Position numbers and translations under genes: made by a program. 64,000 nucleotides of DNA from Guillardia theta CCMP2712 (taxonomy: Eukaryota > Protista > Cryptophyta), in contig NW_005434655.1 of the NCBI RefSeq assembly GCF_000315625.1, positions 680,807-744,806 on the forward strand. The letters run 5' to 3'. The notes under the pieces are model-generated. The model was not told where the DNA came from, made no database searches, and saw nothing but the letters and a program-made list of their open reading frames with translations. The number at the start of each line of letters is the position of its first letter. Position 1 is the first letter of the stretch. Positions 1-12,170 of this stretch are shown here, piece after piece.

Positions 1-171
1 GAAGGAACGGCATCCTTGAGCTCGTCGAGCAGTTGTGAGAGAGGAGGAGATAAGTAAGGAGGAGAGACAGGCGAGTTGAAGCGAAGGCTGAGAGCAACAG
101 CGCTGAGAAACAACATCCTTTGACGACTCCTGTAGATAAACATGAGATTCTCTTGAATTACTGAATTGCCG

Positions 172-262
<91 letters not shown>

Positions 263-708
263 CCTCGATCAAGATGCACTTTCGATTCCTGAGCGAACTC
301 CCTTCCATCTCTACATGCGTTTCCTCCCACTTTCCTTCTTTCTGCAGAGCACGAAAGCACCTGCCTCATTTCCTCTCCTCTCCTCTTAACCATCGTATGC
401 TTTCTCTGCTCTCGCTGCCTCCCTTTCTTCTCCTCACCCCCTTGCGATTTGCTGCCATCCAGGATGCTCTGCAACCCGGTCGATGAATGATCGTCCTGCG
501 TTGATGTCACCAGGGGAAACAACAGGGAGAAGATAGTGTGCGCCAAAGACAAAGACAAACCAACAGATCATTGCCTCCGTCATCACCGTCGTCGTCATCA
601 TCATCATTATCATCTCCATCATCGTCATCGTCATCGTCATCATCATCATCATCATCATCATCATCGTCATCGTCATCGTCATCATCATCGTCATCGTCAT
701 CGTCATCG

Positions 709-758
<50 letters not shown>

Positions 759-3700
759 TCTGTCATGATCATCTCATCATCACCTGCCGCTGAGCCCAGA
801 ATAGACCCCAGCGAGCAACACGTCAGGTCCAGAGCCTTCACGTCCTCCTGCCCCTCCTGTCACCAACAACACCCCCGCGCATGATCTGACCTGCTGGAGG
901 AGGAGGAAGAAAACTCGTAAGACTTCTTGCAGAGTCCGAAGCCCCTCCTCCATCCTGTCCTGCCGATCGGACGGCAAGCAGTGGACACGAGAAGCAGCCA
1001 AGTTCCTCAAGATGCGGACTGACTTCTTGGTTGCACCCGAGTCGCCCGTGCTTGTCACTAGCTGGATCAATCGGCTGACTGTATCATCTATACTGTCACT
1101 GTATATGAGAACACTGTGTAGGTTCTCGGTGACCTGCCGTTTCGTGAGCTGTCAGCACGTTGGGTCCTCAAGGTGAAAGGAGAGAGTGTTCAAGGAGATG
1201 AGATACCAGTAGGTAGAGGAAGGGATGTATCAGGATATGAGGAGGCTAGGATGCATTATGAATCTTTCAACACTCACCGTCGTCATCAGCCTGTCTTGGT
1301 CCTCCTCAGGTCGATTGTCTTTGCATGACATCAGCATTTTCAGCACGAGGTCCCCGACCGTCCGTTGACGTCTCTTGCTCAACGACGGAAGCTTCATCAT
1401 CTCCGAGGCAAAGATCGTGATTGCCTCAGCACTGCTCGCATCACAAGCTCTTGTTATGTTTGCAAAGTCTTCCATCAGTCTGTCACACTCCGAGCTGATC
1501 TCCAGACACCCAGCAACAAGTCTGGCTGACTCCCTCCTGACCATCCACCATTGCGATCCAAGGAAGTGAACGCCACCGATCTGGCGTGCAAGCTCCTCGA
1601 TGAATGCTTTCTCCTCCTCGTTGAAGCTTGTCCTCGATTCGACCAACGTTACGGCCATCTTCAACAATCGCATCGACGACATGTAACTTTCCTTCTTTGA
1701 GCTCGTCAATACTTTGAGCTGTGAGTGCAGGAACTCCAACATCTTGCTCGTGATCTTGGAAATCCTCATCTCCATAACTTCCCGGGCAGCAAGAGCTAAA
1801 AGAACAACCCCGTCCAGCTCTTGTGATAAGAAAGCAATCTCGAACAACTTTTGTGAAAGAGCCACAAGATGACCGTCCTGAGCCTGGAAAGACAAGAATG
1901 AGCGTTGATCGAGATGGCGGGCAAATGACAATTAGTGGTCTCAAAACGACGAGTGTGATAGAACGTCTCAACGTCGGGCAACGTGAACAGTTTCTAAGGG
2001 TGTTACATCATTCACTCACCTTCATCTCTGCTGCAGCCTCCATCATCCCAACAATCGCTTCCCCAACAAGACTCGCATGACTTCTACTTGCCGTGGGATC
2101 TCTGGCGATCTCTATCAGACTGTCTTGGAACATTTCGGAGAACTTGTCGGGCGGGAGGAAAACGCTGAGGGTCCTCCACATCTCAACATGGCTGTAGCTC
2201 AGCAGCGAGAGGAACGGATGGAGCTGAGATTGTTGATTCTGAAACTCCTTGACCTTATTGAGATCTTGTGAGCACATCCAACTCCTGATATTCGTGAAGA
2301 CTTTGCAATCTTCTATCATCGGAACTGTCAGCTCCTCGTCGCTTTGCTTGTGATCAGTCTCGTGATCGTTGACAAGACGGGATATCCACAGCCTTCCTCT
2401 CTTCTTGCTGGGTTGAACCAACTGCTCTCTCCCTTCCTCCCTCCCCACCTTCTCCTTCTCCCCCGTCTCCTCCTCCTCCTCCTCCTCCTCCATCGCAACC
2501 TGATTGCTCCTTCCGGAGGATTCCACCTTGTCCTCCGACTTCTCTTCCAGCTGGAGCATGTCGCTGAGATCTTGCTCCTCCTCTCCCTCCATGGCCCTCT
2601 GCAGGCCCTTGCTGAGAGCAACCCTGACGTCATCACTCGCGCACGTGAGGAAGGAGGAGCGAGAGAGGAGGCCCAGGGCCCTCAGGGACACCCGACGGGC
2701 CGGAAGGTCAGACGAGAGGAAGTTTGTAACGATGATACTTGTGAGTTGAGAGGAGAACTGTAGGAACTCCGCCGACGTGGTCAGTCCTTGGTCGACAAGA
2801 GCATGGAGGAGGAAGAGGAGGAGGTTGAAGAGAGCAAACAGCTTTAACTTGGTCTCGATGAGCTGACGAGACGCAAGGTCGACAAGCTTGGAGATCTGCG
2901 GCCTCAACGAGCTGAGCTGTCGACCAGCGCAGAAAGTGAAGTCCATCCGGAACAAGCTCGAAGCTTTCATCCACAGCTGCTTGACCGAAGACTGAACGTC
3001 GTCGTCCGAGTACTTATAAGACAGCAGAAGACTGTTGACAAGTCCCGTGATGCCCTCCAGGCTGCCCGTCATGACCGTCAGAATGTGCATCTCCTGGTAG
3101 CATTCAAGGACTCTGTTGAGCGCTCGAACCCTTCTCAGCTTGTTGGTCTCCTCGTCGTCCTCGCTCTGGTCGTCCTGCTCTGCTGTTGTGAGTTTCTGGA
3201 CTTGTTCGTCAAGAAAGCGGAGGAGGTGAGACTTGAAGGAGGAAGGGTACAGCTGGGACAGCAGCGGAACGAACGTCGCAGCGGAGATCATCATGCTGAG
3301 CCGGTCGGAGAGCAGGGACTGGAGGAACTTGCTCAGCAGCGGCAGCATCTTCGTGGGGATGCTCGAGGGAGACAGCGCTTCCATGTGGCCCCAGAGGAGC
3401 AACTTCCTGACGACGAGCTCGTCCTGGAGGTCTCGGAGGGACTGAAAGTCGACCCAGGCATCGTCTCCCACCTCCGACCAGACCTGCAGGCTCTCTTTCA
3501 CTCTCCTGAGTTCCCTGATGGGGTTGAAGAGAGACGATGAGTCGCCCAGCAGCTCTCCAGCTGCCAGCGTCCAGCACTGCACGCTCTGTTCATCCGAGCA
3601 GGTGGCATGCACGGCGTCAAGGCAGCCCAAGATCTCCCCGACGGTCTTCCTGGCCCACTGACGGCACATCTCCTCCATCCCTGGGGGAAAGACAAGTTGT

Positions 3701-6700
3701 CGGAGAGGAAGGGAGGTGTTGCCACAGGCAGTGACGTCAAACTCCTCGTAGATGGTCGTACACTCCTCCATCATCTCACTCCCATCGTACAGGCTGTACT
3801 CAAGGGCGACGGGCTTGGGTGAGAAAAACGAGTCACAAACACCCCCTCGCCCCCACAGCAGAGAAGAAACATCATCGTTGTCCTCTAAATGATCTTTCCT
3901 GTTCCTCAAGTCCCACCCTGCCCTCGTAAGGATCGATCCTGCTCCTTGCATGACAGCGCGCAGGATGCCGAGCGCGTTCTGCTGCACAACCCGCTCTGAG
4001 AGCGGGGTCTCCTCATATTCTGTTTGGTTGATGATGCTGCGAGGGTTTCTGAGAACCATGAAGCAGACTGTCTTCTGCTCGTCTACAATTCTCATGGCTG
4101 CTCTCAGCCTGTCGGGCTCGACTGGATCACACCTCATCTCATTCTGGTTTCCGTGCGATCTGATCGGAGGACATGATGTCCTCAACAGGCCAGAGATGTA
4201 CTTGTACAAGAGGGTTTGCCCCATCAGTCGGATGTTGTCATCGATAGACCACAAACATCCCGCGATCACCTTCTCGAGCTGTTGTGACAACGAGACGCAC
4301 ATCTTGCTCGACTGCAGAAGCAATCATCAGTGCGAAGAGAACAGCGATGCTGGGTGAGACGATGGACGAGAGAGGAAAATGAGAGAGGAAAAACCATCAG
4401 TGATCATATCAGCAAGAAATGGAAGGGGGGCTGCAGGATTTGAATTTTTACACCTGCATGAGGATCCCAAGCATGCGCATAGTGAAGATGATTTCCTGAG
4501 GACTGCTCGTTTCGAAGAGGTCGAAGTGCAACCCTCGGATAAAGTTCTCTCTGTTTGAAGAGGCGGGGGAAGGGGAGGGGGAGGAGGAGGAGGAGGGCTG
4601 GTCTCTCCAGAAGTCTTCATCGAGTAGGACGTTCAGAATCGGAACATGAAGAGTTTCCCAGGCCGCGTCATCGTCAGCAGCCACGGCAGCTTCAAAGAGA
4701 CGAGAGACCAGCAACGAGCTGCAGAATTGAGCAAACATCACATCATTGAACGAGGCTCGCATTGCTTGCAGAGCGATTGAGCGAACTCTCGGTGGGACGT
4801 TGCGAAGAAGCGACTGAGCGGTGTGTTACTCAAGGCGAGTGAAGGGGAAGGGGGACGAGGCAACGCGAGAAGAGAGGGGAGGAGAGGATATGAGGGTTGA
4901 AGACGGTTTAGAGGTAGGAAGAAGGCGAGAAGAACAAAAGTCGATGAGACAAGAGACGGACACAAAGAAAGAGGAAATAAAGAATAGGGTCAACATCTGA
5001 GCTCACCTGATGGACCAGCTTAAATCTCTTGTAGATTATTCCAAGAGGGCTCTGATGATGGTACGAGTCCGCTGTCGGGATGTTCTGCATGAAGGTAAAC
5101 AATTTGTCCATGTAAACTCGGATCCAATGCTCTAGGAAATCGGAGAAACTTTCTTGGTGGTTTTGCTTGCTGCTCCAGCTCTCCAAGAAGGACCACGACT
5201 CCTGCTGTCGAGCCATTTCGCCAATCCGCTCGAAGATGGCGAACAAGAGAACCAACGCGGCATCAACGACTTGTAGGTTGCAGGCATCCAGGAGGTTTGG
5301 AATGGAAATCAGAATGTGAGACAATCTCGATACATCTAAGAGCTGCAAAGTAGTCAGCGACAATGAAAGATGACAAGAAGGAGGGAGAGAAACGCTACGA
5401 CAACGACTATGATACGAAGGGGACGGAGGGAATCAGGAACAGGATTATAAACTGGTCATCACCAACTCAGCTAAGTAACTATAGCACCTGAACGTCACCC
5501 CTCCGGTGGGTCTTGTTGAAGATAACATCCGGCGATCGAGCAATGATGTTCGCAAGAGTTTTCAAACTGCTCGTTGCACCTTCAGTGGTCTCTGGATCTA
5601 ATATCGTTGAGATCATCCTATCAAGAGTGATTGATAGAGAAGTTTGGAGATGAGAGTTGTGAGAAGTTTTCGTCATGTGGACGAGAGCGTTGACACCTTT
5701 CTTAACTGCAATGTAAAGATTCAGGGAAGGGCGATGAAAGAGAAAATTGAGAAAAGTTTGTACCAAAGGATTCGTTCTGTGCAAACATGGCATCGCAGAC
5801 TGATGGAAACAGCACTTGTTCAAGTTCTTCAACCTTTTGCCGTAACTGTACAAACCGATGATGTGATTCATTGAAGGTCGCCAAGCGTTCAACCACGCTT
5901 TCCATCATTGAGAAGATAGGTCCCTGCCAGTGACCAGGAAAGTGCGGGCTGAAGTTCAAATGTAAGTACGAAGGCATCTTGAAGACTTCATGAGCAATCG
6001 TTACCTGGTGAGCTGTTGCGAAAGAGTGATAAGATGATGAAGATAATTGATCGAGAGGTCCGCACGTTCCGCAGAAATTCCCTCGCCCTCCAAACAATGC
6101 AAGACTCCTTTGGTAGTGATCTTTGCAATCTCGGCCGCGACATCCTCGATATATTCAAGATCGTGGTTGTCATCGGCCTCATCAGAAGCAAGAGGGGATC
6201 TCAAAGTGCTCTGAGTATACACGGACAATGCAGAGAACAACCTAGCAATGAATTCATTCTTTCTCTCTCTCACGGTTCGATCCTCCAGCCCAAGGTCTGT
6301 GAAGCAGCTCTCCAACGACTTCACCAACCTTGGCCCTGGAACGTGAGAGAGATGGCACAAGGGAAGATCGCAGGGCAGCATCAGACTCCTCCCAAGCATG
6401 TTCAGCAAACAACGTGTAACGTTGAAGTGCAAGTCAGGATCCTCCACCCCAAACTGCAGTGCAGTCGACAAAATCTTTGCAAAGTGCAGATCCCATTCCA
6501 CACTGCTACCAGGAGATTGCAGCCAGCACTCCACCATCTCCATCACCAAACTTGTGTTCTTTGCGAAGGACGGCGGCATGCTCGTTTCCAGAAGCTGCAT
6601 GACCTGTCTGTGGCTGTGAAACGTCGGCTTCAAGGAAGTTTTCATGTCCTCCCATAGGACAGACGGCAAGGAATCAGGCAAACAGTGTTTGCTCGCTGCT

Positions 6701-7637
6701 GCTATGCATCTTGACAACACGTTCCGATGACGAAACTTAACAAGATCCCCCGTGCTCAGCAGCGCAACCTCGGATGCGAATGACCTTGACTTGATGCCCA
6801 TCTGAGGAATATGCATCTCCACATACAGATCGATCATCCTTCTCCAAACAAACCCAATGCATTGCTCCTTCGAACCCATATGAGATGTACAAGCCTCTCC
6901 TTTGTCTTCTCCCCCATCCGTACCGACATCCAGGCATTCAAGCAGGTTTGCCTGAGAAAAATTATCACTCGCCGCTACCGTGCCATTAAGCACAGCGCAA
7001 ACTCACAATGCAGTCTATGTACAAGAGTTCATGAGCGATGGTCATCTGATGAGCGAACAAACTGTTGGCAAGGAGGCAAGCTGCCGTTCTCATGCCCTCT
7101 TGCCCGACATGCGTCGCTAATCCATTGCCTCTGAACGAATCCAGCTAAGTCAGGAGCACGACGCGCATGATTCATCTTCACTTACCCGTCGAAGAGTCTG
7201 CTGATCAGTTTCAGCCTTGAGGCGGGGAGAGGTCGCTCGAGAAAGCTTGGATGGCTCCCCTCCATCAGAAGCTCCTGGATGGTTCTGTTCGCATATTGAA
7301 CCATGGTGGAATTGCTGGATAGAGCACTGGAGGGATTCGTCACATAGTGAAGATGCAAGACAACATCATGCCTGAGTGGCAGATACTTCTCCTGCTCCTT
7401 CGCAACACACTTGCGCTCTCCTCCATCGCATCTTCCTCCCCGCAATTCAAGGCGCCTCATCGAATGAATCCAGCTTGGCCGTGCAGGCCCGGCACCACTC
7501 AGAGATCCAGCATGCCTGTAGCATCGTCTTGTAGGAGAGAGGCTGTCAGTGTGACTTTCTGTCGGCCTCTCTCCCGCCATCATCATCAAGATCCCCACCG
7601 CCCACATCGCACCCTTCTGCATTGCGACCACTCCCAC
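1..7637 (-). CDS. Very large multi-exon alpha-helical (HEAT/ARM-like) protein, tentatively Blm10/PA200 (PSME4)-like; 3' end probably runs off the window start
   Basis: Chain of long same-strand Leu-rich ORFs (7182-7637, 6001-6993, 5479-5892, 4908-5363, 4448-4762, 2008-4323, 1230-1931, 780-1070) separated by short intron-like gaps. Segments 'FQDSLIEIARDPTASRSHASLVGEAIVGMM' and 'PYLSPPLSQLLDEL' loosely resemble PA200 motifs from memory. N-terminus is hydrophobic and followed by LELRGG. The gene is well supported, the family call is weak. Confidence 0.45.
174..263. repeat. (CTCCTG)n microsatellite
   Basis: Hexamer run read directly from the sequence. Confidence 0.95.
580..757. repeat. (TCA/TCG)n trinucleotide microsatellite
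   Basis: Read directly; would encode poly-Asp on the minus strand if exonic. Confidence 0.9.
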
Positions 7638-7685
7638 GATGGATCGCTAGGGGGTGCCAGCCGGGTTCGCCTCAGCCGACCTACG

Positions 7686-7860
7686 TACTTTGAGTAAAAA
7701 AGGTACATTGCCGCCACCTCAGAATTCAGTGATCACTCGACCGGGTGACGTAGCGGGCCGGCCGGGAGGCCCGGCCCGGGCCTGAGGCCTGCCACGTGTA
7801 AGGCGCCACCTAAATAACTTTTTTCTTTACTCAAAGTTAAGTGTTTTAAATTAGTACGGG
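7686..7860. repeat. GC-rich island flanked by inverted copies of the ACTTTGAGTAAA motif
   Basis: gtactttgagtaaaaaa at ~7685-7701 and ctttactcaaagttaagtgttttaaattagtacg at ~7825-7858; the reverse complement of the latter resembles 37656-37695. Lies between divergent genes. Confidence 0.7.
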
Positions 7861-8170
7861 CAAGGCCCCCGCTAGCCGCCGTGGTAGTACCCGGGTTGTA
7901 CCGAGAATGGATCGGAGGTACGGGAATGGTACTAGAGGAGCTGTCATAAGAGTGATCACTAAAAGTGAACTAAAATATTTCTAAGAGACTAGTACACTTT
8001 TGTTTACTTAACACGAACGTATATTTACGACAGTGACAGTCAAAACTCCTGCAGGGGCGGCGAGCAGGTCGATTGCGAGAAGTCGAGAGGGTTTGAAGGA
8101 GAAAGAGGTTGGGAGGATGGGGGCCGGGGCGGGAATGATGGGAAGGTCAACAAGGCAGAAAGCTTGGAGG

Positions 8171-8937
8171 ATGAACGGAGAAGCAAACTGTAAAGAATCT
8201 CTCTTGCTCTTGTATTCTTACATGACTTGATAAATCTCTCCTGCAATCTTACGGGACATTGTTCATCCAGTTAGTTTGCATGGGAGCCGACGTCTCGACA
8301 TTTACAAACGACTTCTGTGAATCCACTTGCCAATGTCCTGCTGCATGGCAGTCCGGCTTCCATCGGCAAGCTGGCATCCAGAAGTCAAGCGAGGATTCAG
8401 CAAGAAAGGCACGCAAGGTGAGGGTTCGAATCTTGACACACAAGGTCACATTTGCTTGCAGGAGTACTTGAATAAGATCGTCCGAGAGAACAAGTATGAA
8501 CCTGTTCCCTATACCACCAAAAACATGCGATACCGTGAAGACCTCTTGACCGAGGATGACCCGATGCATGACATCATCAGCAAGCATCATCGTAGTCACT
8601 CACATGGAAGATCTGTTCACTCTGGCAACCTCTCGATGGATCATAGACATAGTTCCAGCCTCCCCCCCCATCATCACAGGATCATCGGGCGGCAGAAAAC
8701 GACAAGCCCCCAGCCAATGCTCCATCCAATGACGTCTATGCCGAGACCCTCGACGCTGTCCGAGCTTACAGGAGCGAGGTCAACGTGAATAACGTTGAGC
8801 AGCGGAGCAAGGAGCTTAAGGAGCTGAAGCGGAGGTGAGGGAGGGAGGGAGGGAGGGAGGGAGGGAGGGAGGCTGATGCACATTTCCGCAGGTTGCTGGA
8901 AGAACACGACAGGAGACTAGAAGCGAAGCGCGCGTGA
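8171..8937 (+). CDS. Small multi-exon hypothetical protein
   Basis: ORF 8327-8788 plus a likely last exon (LLEEHDRRLEAKRA*) after a (GGGA)n-containing intron; no recognisable domain; start uncertain. Confidence 0.4.
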
Positions 8938-9239
8938 TAGCATCGAGAACCAAAGGCTTCAGCTGTGAATCTAGATGCAGCTAGAGTTGGAGTGTCAATC
9001 TATCGAGCAAAAGGAATGAAGATGTTGCTATCAAACCTCGTGCTTATGTGAAACAAATTCTATCAGAATCGTCCAGCCGACAAACATTTTGATCCCTTCA
9101 CAACGAAGTCTCTCGTTGTAAAGTATTTGTGTACCCCGAGAGGAACTGAATAGGTAGTGATACAGAGAGAAAGATCTAAAGCAGGAAAATAGAATCTCCT
9201 GTTAACAACCAAGAAGCCCGAACATCTCACAGTAGCCTG

Positions 9240-11049
9240 GAAGAAGAGCTATCCCCCTTCGACCCGGTAAGGTCGTAGCTGTTCTGCTGCAACTTGTAGA
9301 CCCATCTTAGCCTTGCGCTGAAAGCTGCCAACAGAAGTTCAAACGAATACCCCCCGGGACCCGGGGAAGAAGGGGCGTACCTGCAACTTTGTAGTCGAAC
9401 TCTACCTCAGGAGCACTACACCAGCATATCGCCTCCAGCGCCTTGACGTACTCCTCCATCTTCATTCCGGATCAGAGGAGGAACAAGGGCAAGTGGTTGA
9501 ACCTTGTGGTCATCTATCATCCTGGTTATCCTGTAATGGATCTGATCTTCGGGAAAGCACTTGACATCCCTGCGGAGAGGATGATGAGGGGAGGAGGGAT
9601 GACGAGAAAGCACGGAGGATACGTGGGAAGTTGAGAAAGGTACTTTGCTTCACAAGAGATCTTGGCAAACGCCATCTCCCGAGCAGATCCATGGTTGTTC
9701 TGAACGAAAATCACCTGCCCTATGGTGCGATACTTTTCTGAATGCTTCATGAACTCCTCCAGCATCTTGCAGAAAGACTGCTTCAGGTGCCCTCCGACGC
9801 CAAGGATGCCCCCTCCTGTCCAGAACGCCGGGTACTCTGCCTTGATGTGGTTCTCCACCAGCTCGGCGAACCTCGGGGCATCTCTGAAGAGCAGCATGCG
9901 GGTGATGATGTCAAATCCGTGCACGTAGAGCCTCGTCGACTTGGCGATTTCCTGTAACGTGCTGGAAGCCGCGGGATCACTTGCGACGACTGTCAGAGTC
10001 TGTCAGAAATCGCAGGAAAGCAGCAGTGTAGCAGCAGCAGTAGGAGCCAGGGCAAAGAGAAGAAGGAGGAGCACTAGGAGAAGGACGAGGACAAAAAGAT
10101 GTAGAGGCGAAGGAGGAGGAGGAGGAGGAGGAGGAGGAGGAGGAGGAGGAGGAGGAGGAGGAGGAGGAGGAGGAGGAGGAGGAGGAAAGCACGTGCAAGG
10201 ACGGGGCATCAGGGGAGTAGAACGGGCAATAGCCACCTAAAGGAGCTCCAAAGCACACGACGTCTGCTTCTTTGATGCCTGCTGCATGATGCATCGAGCG
10301 GCAGATCAGCGCTAGCCCCCCTCCCAGCGAGTGACCCGTATACACAATCTTAGCGCTTCCGGGGTCCTTCAGCGTTTGCTTGCCGACGTTGATGTACTCC
10401 AGTATCCGCCCATCGTACGACATGCCATGATCGTCGGCCTCCCCCAGACGCCCGTGAATGCCGTTGTGCACGTTGAACTTCTGCCCATCTGGACCGATGC
10501 CGTAGAGGTTCGAACCAAGGTTCACGATCCTAGGAAACGAGCACACGTCAGGCAAGGAGAGCAGGCGCGTCCAGCCCACCAGTCCATGAAGGTGGCGGAC
10601 CCTCGGAAGACGACGATGATCAAGTTCAACCCGATCTTGTCTGCCAACACAGCAAAACCAGGCCCTGTCTCCTCCGTCCCTTCCCCTTTAGCGAGTCCGT
10701 TGGCGCCGACCAGGTGGAACTGATCCTCCACCACGCTCTTGAAGCTGAGCCTGTCCACGTCGCCATGGTAGATCAGGTCCGACAGGAAAGCGCACAAGGA
10801 GTCGAGGTGCAGCGACTTGCAGCTCTGAAGAGACTCGAGGCTCTTGCTGAGGCAGTTCTTGCAGCATCCTCCGTAGATGGTCAGGTCGTGGCCCCTCATA
10901 CAGGCGCAGTGGCAGCAGAGGCAGTCGTAGAACTTGGCGTATCGATTTCCCCTCTTGTTGTACCCGTCCACCCGGTTGCACTCTCCCTTCCGTGCTGAAT
11001 CGCTGGAGCTCCTTGCCGCTCCGCATTCGTCGCAGGTGAACTGAGGCAT
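9240..11049 (-). CDS. Class 3 lipase (alpha/beta hydrolase) with Cys-rich N-terminal extension; multi-exon, 3' end uncertain
   Basis: IIVVFRGSATFMDW lid motif, nucleophile elbow YTGHSLGGGLA, CFGAP, and DDHK|MEEYVKAL (catalytic His region). N-terminus has CDEC...CLCCHCAC...CCKNC. Confidence 0.85.
10112..10186. repeat. (GGA)n microsatellite in a lipase intron
   Basis: Read directly. Confidence 0.95.
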
Positions 11050-11640
11050 GAGGGATCGCTCGAGCCCAGCAGCCGATGCTCAACCTGCGAGGGAGGAACG
11101 CGTCAAGGCCTTGGACATAAAAGGCAGAGACTGAGGAGGAGGACGTCCACGGAGAAATCTAGAGCGACAACGGAAGGAGAGGGGAGGGGGGGGGGGAGGG
11201 GGGGATGTCAACAACATATCATGATGAACAGGAGGAGGGAGGGGCAAGGATCGCATAGGGAGGAACACTGTCACAGATGAGGTTTCTAGTCGAGACAAGA
11301 CTTCTTCATCATCCACACAAGACAGGGGAGCAACCAGGACAAGTGAAGTAGCTTGCAGAACAAGACATCTCGATCATCAGCAACCTTGTGTTCGTGCTGT
11401 TAAAGTGCCTACTACACCATCGAGCCCTCCCCTAACGTCTCCTCGTCATTCCTCGCTCACCTGTGTTGCTGCCCTGTCCAATCTGATCGGGTTTCTCGAG
11501 TATTGAAATCAATATTGAATTACTGTCTTTAGTCTATCTATCTATTTGAAGTGAGGCTGGCCGAGAATCTGTACTTTGAATATGTCACAAAGTTTACTCA
11601 AATGTGTTTTTGCGCCCTTGGAGTGCGTTGAGATTCGGGT

Positions 11641-12169
<529 letters not shown>

Positions 12170-12170
<1 letters not shown>

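Noticed and set aside
166-841. Poly-Cys/Ser, poly-His and poly-Met ORFs
   Set aside because: Translations of microsatellites in alternative frames.
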